In this document: positions 47,927 through 56,609 of the stretch, one piece after another
Layout: each line of letters starts with the position of its first letter
Numbering within the stretch: position 1 is the stretch's first letter
DNA from: an uncultured delta proteobacterium
Lineage (GTDB): Bacteria; Myxococcota_A; Polyangia; Fen-1088
Direction of reading: 5' to 3'
DNA: 64,000 nt
Assembly: GCA_963737265.1 (NCBI GenBank)
Contig: CAVTRY010000012.1
Location: forward strand, 320,001 to 384,000
Notes under the pieces: model-generated
The model's database searches: none
Seen by the model: only the letters and a program-made list of their open reading frames with translations
What the model was told of the DNA's origin: nothing
Program-made: the position numbers and the translations under genes

Positions 47927-48171
47927 CGGTCGCCCCGAACCGCGTCTAGATCGCCGAGGATCTTGCCCGATGACTTGCGCGCAAGCAGGGCCTTGTATTC
48001 GCTCAGCAAAATGCGCCGTCGAGGTTTCGTCACGAGTAGGGCGGGCCGGGCCAGCACGGCAACAGGTTTGCCCCGGTCGGTGACCTCGATGGGAGACTTG
48101 GACCTGGCGGCCAGTCGCACATGCTCGCCTGTCGTCTGATGGAGCTGCTTGATGCTGATGCTGGCCGCCAT
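47923..48171 (-). CDS. Phd/YefM-like antitoxin
   Basis: ISIKQL...IEVTDRGKPVAVL. Confidence 0.85.
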   Translation of the reverse strand: MAASISIKQLHQTTGEHVRLAARSKSPIEVTDRGKPVAVLARPALLVTKPRRRILLSEYKALLARKSSGKILGDLDAVRGDR

Positions 48172-48221
48172 GGTGTAACAGTGACACCCGCACGCGGCGC
48201 AGTCAAGGCACCGGCGGCGAC

Positions 48222-48669
48222 GTGGCCTACGGTATCGTCCGATCCCATGCCTTCCAATTCAAGCTATCCGGGAGCCTGTCCATCGCGCGAAGTTCGCAGC
48301 CATTGACCTGGGCATGGGACGTGGGTGCGCGAACCAAGATTCTGTTGGCCGACGTCGTAGCCCTGGAAATGGAACTCGAACTCAACCGTCGCATCGATCC
48401 GGGCACATCGCAGACCGACACTTCCATCCGTGGCGCGGCCGTCTTGGAGTTGAACGTCCGAGCCACCCACCACTTGAATATCTTCGCCGATATCAATCCG
48501 CACACCCTCACCGATCTGGATTCGCGACGGCAATGGTTTGCCGGCTACACACAGACCTACCTTGAAAGGGATCTGCGCGATCTGTCGGTGGTTGCCTCGC
48601 TGGTGGACTTTCGCCGGCTGATGCGGGCTGCGTGCCTGCGTCTGGGCAACCTGGCCAACCAAACCGAGC
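48222..48669 (+). pseudogene. Unknown beta-rich gene fragment fused to a 171-bp copy of AAA paralog 3 (48499-48669 = 45428-45598)
   Basis: Identity to the AAA gene is visible directly; the upstream part has alternating hydrophobic strands. Confidence 0.75.
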
Positions 48670-48698
48670 AACATCCGCCATCGCTACCGTCGTAGCAG

Positions 48699-49115
48699 TC
48701 ACGCCAGAACCGTGAGACCAAGCGCGCGAAAGTCTCGGTCGAAGGCCAGGCAGGCCACGTCTCCCAGCCGTTGCCTCACGATGACGAACGAGACCGCATC
48801 GCAGTAGGAGAGGCGTCGCCTGGGGGCCAGACGTCGAAAGACCTCCAGCGCGGCAGCATGGTCGGTCGAATCTGGAACTACCATTTCGACAGTCGGCACG
48901 ATATCCCGGGCAAACAGCAGAGCCGAACGCGCCCCATCGCGATAGCGAAGAAGGGTGAGGGTTTCGCTCATCACCTCGCGCGTGGTGTGGAACCGACTGG
49001 CCGCAACGGCCGCCTCTTCGAGCAAATCACCCGCGCGTTCATGATTCACGTCCTTGGCTACCATGGCCGCGAACCAAAACGATGTATCGACGAACAAATC
49101 CGTCGGGAGTGGCAT
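48699..49115 (-). CDS. VapC-like PIN toxin
   Basis: LFVDTSFWFA, SETLTLL, LSYCDAVSF, AFDRDF. Confidence 0.9.
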   Translation of the reverse strand: MPLPTDLFVDTSFWFAAMVAKDVNHERAGDLLEEAAVAASRFHTTREVMSETLTLLRYRDGARSALLFARDIVPTVEMVVPDSTDHAAALEVFRRLAPRRRLSYCDAVSFVIVRQRLGDVACLAFDRDFRALGLTVLA

Positions 49116-49369
49116 TAGTCGTGGCGTCTCGTCAGGTAGTCGGTTTTGTGCACCGACACGTCTGCGCGCTGCCCACGGCGGCGCGGTAGCGCTTGTCGCA
49201 GGGAGAGAAGTGCCCTTGCTGTTCCGGCCTCCTCAACCAGAGGCCCAATCAATCGCGCAACGGTGACGCCACGATTCGTAATTTCCACGGTTGTTCCGGC
49301 TCTCTGAATCTCCTTCAAAAGAGATGGCAGGGCTTTCCTGACTTCGCTGATGGCCATTTGTCGCGACAT
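49115..49369 (-). CDS. Phd/YefM antitoxin
   Basis: AISEVRKAL...VEITNRGVTVARL; TAATG coupling to the toxin. Confidence 0.85.
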   Translation of the reverse strand: MSRQMAISEVRKALPSLLKEIQRAGTTVEITNRGVTVARLIGPLVEEAGTARALLSLRQALPRRRGQRADVSVHKTDYLTRRHD

Positions 49370-49385
49370 GTACAAATTGTACATG
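49367..49385 (-). promoter_or_regulatory. Palindromic operator containing the -10 box and start codon
   Basis: CATGTACAA-A-TTGTACATG; minus strand TACAAT-N6-ATG. Confidence 0.75.
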
Positions 49386-49535
49386 ACCGAGTTTTCAAAA
49401 ACCAGAGACATCGTTCGCTTCCCGAATCAACTGGGCAAGCGAAGCTGTGATCGGTACCTGGTTCGATGGAGCACGTCTTCGCCTCGCCCCGCGTGTTCGC
49501 CTCGCCCCGCTTGCGCGGGGCAAGGTGTTTTCAGG

Positions 49536-49838
49536 TCAGCCCGCCGCCGCGACTGGCTTCGGAAGGCGTCGGAGGTGGGCCCGCGCTTGATGGAGGTCGA
49601 CCGCCTGCTGAGCGTTGAGCCAGAAGTCGGGCGACGTCTGGAAGCTGGCGCCGAGCCTGAGCGCCATCTCGGCGGTCACGGACGTGCGTCCGTTGACGAT
49701 CCGGTTGACGACCTTCACGTCACAGCCGAGGTGAAGGGCGAGCTCCTTCTGGCTCATGCCCAAGGGCTTGAGGAACTCCTCGTGCAGGATCTCACCAGGG
49801 GTCGTCGGTTTGCGCGTCATTTCTCGGTGTGCATCCAT
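49536..49838 (-). CDS. higA: HigA-family antitoxin
   Basis: PGEILHEEFLKPLGMSQ...TAEMALRL...FWLNAQ. Confidence 0.92.
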   Translation of the reverse strand: MDAHREMTRKPTTPGEILHEEFLKPLGMSQKELALHLGCDVKVVNRIVNGRTSVTAEMALRLGASFQTSPDFWLNAQQAVDLHQARAHLRRLPKPVAAAG

Positions 49839-49851
49839 CTGAATGTCTCCT

Positions 49852-50145
49852 TCACCCGTGGTAGTCGACGATGTCGACATCCTCCGGGCCACTTCTCGTC
49901 CAGCGAAAGATCACTCGCCGCTGGTCATTGACCCGGATGCTGAAGGAACCCTTCAGGTCGCCCTTGAGAGCCTCCAGCCGGTTCGCGGGCGGTGATCTCA
50001 GGTCATCCACCGTTTGTGCGTAGTGCAAGATATCCAGCTTGCGGGTCACGGTCTTGGCGACGCCAATCCAGCCGGCTCGTCGGTCCGTCGTGCCGTCGAG
50101 GAAGAAATCCGCAAGCGCGGGCCGGCGAAAGCTGCGGATTGCCAT
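49852..50145 (-). CDS. higB: HigB/RelE-like toxin
   Basis: [27 protein letters not shown]...VDIVDYH; upstream TTGCAG-N16-TATATT with ATATACC...GGTATAT palindrome. Confidence 0.92.
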   Translation of the reverse strand: MAIRSFRRPALADFFLDGTTDRRAGWIGVAKTVTRKLDILHYAQTVDDLRSPPANRLEALKGDLKGSFSIRVNDQRRVIFRWTRSGPEDVDIVDYHG

Positions 50146-50184
50146 CGACGTGTCCAATATACCTGATCACGGTATATCTGCAAG

Positions 50185-50615
50185 AGGTATCCAATACCTG
50201 ATGCTGCACAATATCGATACGCTGGGAGCCAACCTGGATGCACGCTGGCTGGGGCGCCACATCACCAGCGGAGTCACGCTCAGCTTCGAGGTCACGGCAC
50301 GCCGCTTCGAAGACCGCGGCGGGGGCCTGGCGCGCGTGGCTGACCGCTTGCGGATTGTCGAGGGGCTCGCACTACCGCGCGAGGAGGACGAATCCAAGTT
50401 GACCTACTACAACGCGCTTACGACCTGGATCTCCGTGGACCCACTCCTGGCCTTGTTTGGGCTTTCTCGCCGCACTCTGAACGATCCGCAGAGCGTGCTT
50501 GAGGCGGTGCGCACGCTCGCCGCTCGGTTGCCGACATACATCACCATCAAGGAAGTCAAGCGGCGCTGGGGGCACGCGCAGGAGGATATCTTCCCCGTCA
50601 CCCAGTTCGAGAAGA
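50185..50615 (+). pseudogene. Internal fragment of a UDPGP-family UTP-glucose-1-phosphate uridylyltransferase
   Basis: [25 protein letters not shown]; no start or natural end. Confidence 0.65.
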
Positions 50616-50776
50616 CTGCGTGCCACGGCCAACCCGCCCGTCGGGCCCCGGCAAGGGTCATAGGCATTAACCGGATGGGCAGCGAAGGATCGAGAGAGGG
50701 CGCGGCGAAGCCGCGGGGGTTGGAGGAGGGTGTGGTGGTCCCGAAGTGCCCCGGGCGGAGATGTCGCCTCGCGCAG

Positions 50777-50931
50777 CCGAGTCACCGCCATTCCCCTGCC
50801 CGAACTGCGCCTTCGTTTGCGGTCGCCGGGCCGCAATTGGGCTAGACTATGAGGGGAAGCCTTGCCGATCCTGCTCGATCGCATCCGGGAAGAAGGGCAG
50901 GCGCTATGGGGCCACGCCTACAGCGGCCGCG
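50777..50931 (+). pseudogene. Scar of the AAA-MNT-HEPN module
   Basis: 50777-50848 matches 39214-39285 and 50855-50931 matches 39591-39667; the MNT body is deleted. Confidence 0.88.
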
Positions 50932-51022
50932 CGGCAATTCAGCCAGACAGTGCAATACCTATGGCTGCGGCCGGATCAAACGCCTACTTGTTGGGCGGCG
51001 GCCATGGGGTTAGAATTGCCCC

Positions 51023-51262
51023 ATGGCTCAAGCAAGCCCATCTGATCTTCTGCAGCGGGCGCTGCAACTGCCGGCTGACGACCGGCTTGCGCTCGCGACG
51101 GAGATCCTTGAGAGCGTGGAAGGCCCCGAGGATCCCAAATGGGCAACCGCGTGGGCGGCGGAACTTGACCGCAGGGTAGGAGAGCTGGACGCTGGCACTG
51201 CAAAGACGATCCCCTGGGAACAGGTTAGGTCTGAGACCCTCGGACGCTTGCGTTCGAAATGA
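51023..51262 (+). CDS. Addiction-module antitoxin (TIGR02574-like)
   Basis: ALQLPADDRLALA..L.ES...AWAAELDRR...IPWEQV; TAGAAT-N6-ATG. Confidence 0.88.
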   Translation: MAQASPSDLLQRALQLPADDRLALATEILESVEGPEDPKWATAWAAELDRRVGELDAGTAKTIPWEQVRSETLGRLRSK

Positions 51263-51469
51263 AGCCAACGATTTTCGCGCCTTCCGCTCGCACGGAGTTC
51301 GAGGCGGCGGCGGAATGGTACAGTCTGGGATGGAGATCGTCGTTTCAGGAGGGCCGTCGCTCAGCGATTCCCGTACGTCGTTTTCTTTCGCGAGCTGCCG
51401 GACTGCATTGAGGTAACCGCAGTTGCGCACGCGGCGCGGGATCCGGAATACTGGCTCAAGCGCAGATAG
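51259..51469 (+). pseudogene. ParE/RelE toxin with internal deletion and frameshift
   Basis: ARTEFEAAAEWY in one frame; RRAVAQRFPYVVFF...AVAHAARDPEYW-stop in another. Confidence 0.8.
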
Positions 51470-51575
51470 TCCGCCCAACTAGTCCTACGCCTTGACTAGC
51501 ACCCGACGATAGGTTTTGTCCCATCCCGCCTCGTGCTACGGTGTGGCCCCTGGATGATCCGATGAGCGAACACGG

Positions 51576-52136
51576 ATGACCGTCAACCTGTCGAACTACG
51601 ACAACCGGGGCTACCATCCCGGACGCGGACTTTTCGTTCGCTTGCTCTGGTACATCTGCAACGCGACCTTGTTCACCACCTGGCTGCTGCCGCTGTCGGG
51701 AGCCAAACGAAAACTGCTCCGTCTCTTTGGCGCGCGCATCGGCGCGGGCGTCGTCATCAAGCCGAGGGTGAATATCAAGTACCCCTGGCATCTGAGCATC
51801 GGGAAGCACTGCTGGATCGGCGAAGGCTGTTGGATCGACAACCTCGTCGACGTGACCATTGGCGACAACGTCTGCATCTCGCAGGGGGCGTATCTGCTCA
51901 CCGGCAACCACGACTACAAGGATCCCAGGTTCGGCTTCATGGGCGTGCCCATCACGCTCGCGGACGGCAGCTGGGTAGGTGCCTTCGCCATCGTGTGCCC
52001 GGGCGCCCACCTTGCCCAAAACTCTATCGTCACCGTGGGCAGCGTCCTGCGCGGCGAAACCGCGCCCGACGGCATCTATTCTGGCAATCCGGCCACCAGG
52101 GTTCGCGAACGCGAAATAGCAGGTCCGCCAGGCTAG
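51576..52136 (+). CDS. wcaF: WcaF-like polysaccharide acetyltransferase
   Basis: LLRLFGARIG, IKYPW, ISQGAYLLTGNHDY, GNPA; hexapeptide repeats. Confidence 0.9.
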   Translation: MTVNLSNYDNRGYHPGRGLFVRLLWYICNATLFTTWLLPLSGAKRKLLRLFGARIGAGVVIKPRVNIKYPWHLSIGKHCWIGEGCWIDNLVDVTIGDNVCISQGAYLLTGNHDYKDPRFGFMGVPITLADGSWVGAFAIVCPGAHLAQNSIVTVGSVLRGETAPDGIYSGNPATRVREREIAGPPG

Positions 52137-52138
52137 CC

Positions 52139-53305
52139 ATGCGGATTCTCCAGGTCGTCGACTCGCTCGACCCGATCTACGGCGGTCCGCCCGCGGTTGT
52201 TCTTCGTCTCTCGGCCGCTCTCGCACGCGAAGGCGCGCAGGTGACCCTCTACAGTCAAGAACGCTCGGGGCGTGAAACCGATATCGCATCAACCCTGCGA
52301 GGCATTCCCGGCATCGAATCGGTTCGCCGAGTTTCCGAAGTCTGCGACCGCCGCGGCGCTAGACTGACAGGACGTCCCGCGCGGGATTTTCTGCGCAGGT
52401 CGGGCAGCGAATTCGACGTCGTGCATGTCCACGGGCTTTGGCGCCCGGGTCTGGCGGCCATTCTGCGCGAATCGTTCATGCGGTCGTGCCCCTACGTCAT
52501 CACCCCGCACGGAATGCTGGCGCGCTGGAGCTTGGCCCAGAAACCCCTGCGCAAGAAGATCGCCCTGGCCGCTACCTGGCGAAAGCTGATTCGACGAGCG
52601 TCGTTCGTGCAGGCCCTGACCCAGGCCGAGGCGCGGGACTTTGCCGCCCTTGGCATCGAGTGCCCGGTGGACATCGTCCCAAACGGCTTCTTCCTGGAAG
52701 AGATGGGCGAACTGCCGGCGCCAGGATCGTTTCACTCGACCCATCCCGAGCTTGGCGGCCAACCCTTCATCCTCTTCTTGGGCCGGCTTCACTACGTCAA
52801 GCGCGTGGACTGGCTCGTTCGCGCCTTCGCCAAGCTGGCCGCGAACGACGCGGACGTGCGCCTGGTTCTGGCGGGACCCGACTGCGGAACGCGTCCCGAT
52901 ATCGAACGCGAAGCGAAGTTCCTTGGGCTTGACGGCCGGATTCACCTTGTTGGTCCGCTGTACGGCCAGCAGAAATATGCCGCGTTCGTGGACGCCCGCT
53001 GCTTCTGCCAGCCCAGCGTGTACGAAACCTTCAGCATGTCGATCCTGGAAGCCATGGCCTGCGGCCTGCCGCCCGTCATCACCCGCGGCTGCAACTTCGA
53101 CGAAGTGGAAACCTCTGGCTCCGGACTCGTTGTCGAGAGCGAGGCCGAGCTGGCGGATGCCCTTGGCAAGCTGTGCAGCGACGCCGACGCACGCGCCACC
53201 GCCGCCAAGAAAGCGCGCGACCTGGTCGTCGCCAAATACACCTGGCCCGTCGTCGCCCGGCAAATGCTCGCCCGATACCAAGCGCGCCTGACGAGCAAGC
53301 GGTAG
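52139..53305 (+). CDS. GT4 glycosyltransferase
   Basis: YGGPP, HVHGLW, TPHGML, FLGRLH..K, ETFSMSILEAMACG. Confidence 0.92.
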   Translation: MRILQVVDSLDPIYGGPPAVVLRLSAALAREGAQVTLYSQERSGRETDIASTLRGIPGIESVRRVSEVCDRRGARLTGRPARDFLRRSGSEFDVVHVHGLWRPGLAAILRESFMRSCPYVITPHGMLARWSLAQKPLRKKIALAATWRKLIRRASFVQALTQAEARDFAALGIECPVDIVPNGFFLEEMGELPAPGSFHSTHPELGGQPFILFLGRLHYVKRVDWLVRAFAKLAANDADVRLVLAGPDCGTRPDIEREAKFLGLDGRIHLVGPLYGQQKYAAFVDARCFCQPSVYETFSMSILEAMACGLPPVITRGCNFDEVETSGSGLVVESEAELADALGKLCSDADARATAAKKARDLVVAKYTWPVVARQMLARYQARLTSKR

Positions 53306-53351
53306 GCGACGCCGCGGAGCTTGTCCCCGCCCTGGGCTCACGGACTGACGG

Positions 53352-53434
53352 AGACGCGCTCCCTTTTGCAGCGTCTTCTCGGTTTTCGACACATCTTCCG
53401 TCACGCCTACGCCATCGACCTGGACGGCGCCCGC
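53352..53434 (+). pseudogene. 83-bp remnant of the HepT-like gene (39934-40016)
   Basis: Direct alignment with about 4 mismatches; spans the Rx4H motif. Confidence 0.88.
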
Positions 53435-53950
53435 GCGCAATAGCCCGCGCAACAAACCGCGCGCAACAAACCGCGCGCAACATGCGGCCGCACATGGCGG
53501 ACCTGCCAGCCCATGCGGCGAGTCCTTCGCCAGATGGGGCGATCCCTGTGAGCCCGTGCCATGGCTCCGACCGTGGGTGTAGCGGCCATGTCGGCAGACA
53601 CGGCGGCCACTTCGGCAGACACGGCGGTCGTGTCGGCGGGTGGGGCGGATCTGCACGCGCATACTGCGGACCCGCAGGCACACGCGGCGAACCTGCACGC
53701 GTATACGGCGGATCTGCCAGCGCATGTGGTGAGTCCGTCGCCAGATGTGGCGATCTCGCGAGCCTGCGCCATGGCCACGTCCGCGGATGTGGCGGCCATA
53801 TCGGCAGACACGGTGGACCTGCAGGCGCACACGGCGGCCATGTCGGCAGATGGGGCGGACCTGCACGCGCATACGGCGGATCCGCAGGCGCACACGGTGG
53901 TCATGTCGGCGCATACGGCGGGCAAGTCGACAGATACGGCGGGCCGCACC
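53435..53950. repeat. 14-bp repeats followed by a degenerate 21-bp tandem array with a 210-bp higher-order period
   Basis: (CCGCGCGCAACAAA) x~3; heptad translation MSADTAA/TSADTAV/LHAHTAD...; the 53496 block recurs at 53707. Confidence 0.85.
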
Positions 53951-53967
53951 CCCGCGCAGCCGCGACG

Positions 53968-54176
53968 TCGAGTACGCCCATTCAGGTTACCGATCATGGC
54001 AAACCTGTTGCCGTGCTGACAAAGCCCGCCCTGCTTCTGCGCAAGCGACGGCGGCGCACACTGCTGCCCGAGTACAAGGCCCTGCTGTCCCGTGCGTCGA
54101 CAGGAGACATTCTCGACGACCTGGCAGCGGTCCGGGGCGATCGATGATCGCCTGCGACACGTCCGCGGTGGCCTAG
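53968..54176 (+). pseudogene. 5'-truncated Phd antitoxin plus a 10-codon PIN stub, homologous to 47498..48171
   Basis: PIQVTDHGKPVAVL...AVRGDR-stop, then MIACDTSAVA-stop. Confidence 0.85.
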
Positions 54177-54276
54177 GCAATCCGGCTGGGGATAGTTGGA
54201 AAGAACCGTCGCACATCGCCATCATAACTGTGCCTCGCCGATTGGGTTGGGCCAGTGTAGGATTTGAGTTAGCTCA

Positions 54277-54576
54277 ATGAGCCCGCACCTGCACTTCAAG
54301 GGCGAGGTGATCGCTGCCTTTTGCCGCCGGAACCACATCCGAAAGCTCGCATTTTTCGGTTCGGTGCTGCGTGCCGATTTTCGTGACGACAGCGACATCG
54401 ACGTGCTGGTGGAGTTCGAACCGGGCCAGGTCCCGGGCTTCGCCTTCTTCGGTCTGGAGGACGAGCTTGGTCTCCTCCTGGGACACAAGGTCGACTTGCA
54501 TACGCCCGCCTCTCTCAGCGACCACTTCCGCGATCGGGTCCTTCGCGAAGCCGAGCCCGCCTATGTCGCTGCATGA
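54277..54576 (+). CDS. Minimal nucleotidyltransferase antitoxin
   Basis: FFGSVLRADFRDDSDIDVLVEF; KVDL. Confidence 0.9.
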   Translation: MSPHLHFKGEVIAAFCRRNHIRKLAFFGSVLRADFRDDSDIDVLVEFEPGQVPGFAFFGLEDELGLLLGHKVDLHTPASLSDHFRDRVLREAEPAYVAA

Positions 54577-54904
54577 TCCCCTCATCGCGCTCGCTCAGAT
54601 GCGCGACCATGCGCAGGAGGCAATGGCCCTTCTGGCGGGCAAGAGCCGGACGAATCTGGAAGCCGACCGTGTTCTGTGCCTCGCCATCGTTCGGCTAATT
54701 GAAATCCTCGGCGAGGCGGCAAGAAGAGTTCCCAGCGAGATGCAACAAGTGTACCCGAGCATTCCCTGGTCCCACATCATTGGGATGCGCAATCGTTTGA
54801 TTCATGGGTACGACCGTGTCGATCTAGACATTGTGTGGTCCGTGGTCGTTGCAGACCTTCCGCCCCTGGTGGCGCGGCTCGCGGAAATCACGGCCCGGCG
54901 CTGA
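54563..54904 (+). CDS. DUF86/HepT ribonuclease toxin
   Basis: IEILGEAA, IPW, GMRNRLIHGY. Confidence 0.9.
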   Translation: MSLHDPLIALAQMRDHAQEAMALLAGKSRTNLEADRVLCLAIVRLIEILGEAARRVPSEMQQVYPSIPWSHIIGMRNRLIHGYDRVDLDIVWSVVVADLPPLVARLAEITARR

Positions 54905-55049
54905 TCGACGGCCTTCACGTCGGCGCCATGGACGTGCATCCGACGAGGCGGCCGACGTTTTGGCGGTCGCGACCCAAAGAAAACGCCGGGCTCCGGGCGG
55001 CATGAAGCCAGCGCGAGGAACCCGGCGTCGCGAATGCCAGGGCACAGGC

Positions 55050-55656
55050 CTACGGGGTCGGAGGCGTTGGCTCCGGCGGCGTCGGCGCGGGCGCCGGGTT
55101 CCCGGCAGCGCGCTGACGGTACAGGATGGACAAGTTGAACCTGCCCGAGGCCTGCGGGTCGTGAGAATAGAGCTCGTGGCCAGCATCGTTGATGATCTGC
55201 AGCCCGATGTAGAGCTGGGCCTTCTTGATGTAGAAGTCGGCAAGCGCCACGGGCAGAGCCGGCGCGCGGCTCAGCTCCTGCGCACTATCGGCCGCCTCCA
55301 AGGCGTCGCACACCTTGCGTCCCTCGTCGATCAGCGGCTGGGTCGGCGCCCCCACCGCATCCATCGCCGCGGCGTGCTCGGTGAGCAAGCTCAGAAGCTG
55401 CCTCCCCTGCGCGAGCACCTCGGGCACCATACTTCCAGTCAGCGCATGGGTCATGTCGTCGGGCAGCTTCACACCCGCGCGAATCGCGGCGCTGGAGCGT
55501 GCCGCGCCCTTGCGACCCCACGATTTCACCGCGCGCGTCGCCGTGTGCTGCGTTCCCGTCGCCAGCTTGGCATCTGCCGAGGCGATGGTCTTGCTGTTCC
55601 CAGCCGCGGCAACGGCGTCACGGCAGCGACGTCACCTGGTCCCAATCTGACGCCAT
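55050..55656 (-). pseudogene. Alpha-helical hypothetical protein with Pro-rich tail, disrupted near 55620
   Basis: Strong AAAGGAGGAG RBS before ATG 55656; the frame stops after 12 codons and continues in another frame to APAPTPPEPTPPTP-stop. An inverted repeat follows at 54983-55028. Confidence 0.6.
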
Positions 55657-55855
55657 GTACTCCTCCTTTTTCTCACGAGTTAAGTACTTCACCACGCCCA
55701 ATACTGCGGCGGAACGTATTTAATGACGCCGTCGGAAGTTGTCAGGCACGACGAAAAGAGGCTCCGCTTGTTAGCGTGATTCTTGTCACAGCGAGAAACG
55801 GGCTTGTCCGGGCAACGTCTCCTTCTTCACGCGGGACGATTGGCAGCTCGAACGG

Positions 55856-56572
55856 TCAGGTCGAGTGAGCCTTTAGGGGGCCACGTCGCAGGTTCCATAC
55901 GCCCAGGTGTTTGCCCGGGTCGAAGGCACCCTCATCAATCGATCCGTCGGGGGGACGAAATCCGAAAGGCTCCAGCGTGAAGTTCAAAGGACGGAATCGG
56001 AAACTCGAAACCTGGTCGGAATTTTGCCGGACGCTGGGATGGTGCGTGACCACCAGCAAATGCCCTGCCGCGCGTTCCAGGTGTGGCAGAGCCAGCGCGA
56101 TATCAGTAAAGGAAAGGTGGTTCAGGCACTCGCGACATAGTACCAAATCGCACTGGGGTAGTTCGTCCTGACAGATGTCGAGGCGGCGGAACGATCGTTG
56201 CTGGCTTCCGAAAATCCGCTGGTTCTGCGCTATCAAATCCTCGACGATGTCGCACCCGACGTATCGCCCGTCGAATGTGATCTGCCGCATCCAGTTGAAG
56301 TCGCCACACGGTGCATCCAGCAAGGAGGCAATACCGTGATCCCGAATCAACGACTCGAGCCCAGCCCGCGTGCCCGTCGTCGCCTGAAGCGTGCTTCCAA
56401 AGCCAGAGGCGCTCTCTGGGTTGCCCCACATGCGCTCGCGGTAGATGGCTGCGAACCGCGCCGACTGGGTCGGATTCTGGAACAAGAACCAGCGCTCCTT
56501 GACGGTGAACCATGCCTTCCTTGCCAAGGGTAGGAGAAACCTGTGGAAAGCGGCGGATGTTGGTCGGTTCAT
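55856..56572 (-). CDS. Class I SAM-dependent methyltransferase
   Basis: ESASGFGS, LLDAPCGDFNW, GCDIV, DLVLCRECLNHL. Confidence 0.85.
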   Translation of the reverse strand: MNRPTSAAFHRFLLPLARKAWFTVKERWFLFQNPTQSARFAAIYRERMWGNPESASGFGSTLQATTGTRAGLESLIRDHGIASLLDAPCGDFNWMRQITFDGRYVGCDIVEDLIAQNQRIFGSQQRSFRRLDICQDELPQCDLVLCRECLNHLSFTDIALALPHLERAAGHLLVVTHHPSVRQNSDQVSSFRFRPLNFTLEPFGFRPPDGSIDEGAFDPGKHLGVWNLRRGPLKAHST

Positions 56573-56609
56573 CTGAACTCGGTGTTTGGACGGCGAGAAT
56601 AGGTCACTG

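Noticed and set aside
53435-53950. Possible CRISPR array
   Set aside because: Units are contiguous and degenerate, with no unique spacers and no cas genes.
53173-54147. 324-aa ORF ending in a Phd-like domain
   Set aside because: Chance read-through across the GT end, HEPN scar and repeat array into an antitoxin remnant; no credible start.
25341-54934. Integron cassette array
   Set aside because: No intI, no recurring attC-like RYYYAAC...GTTRRRY fold-backs seen between modules, and orientations are mixed.
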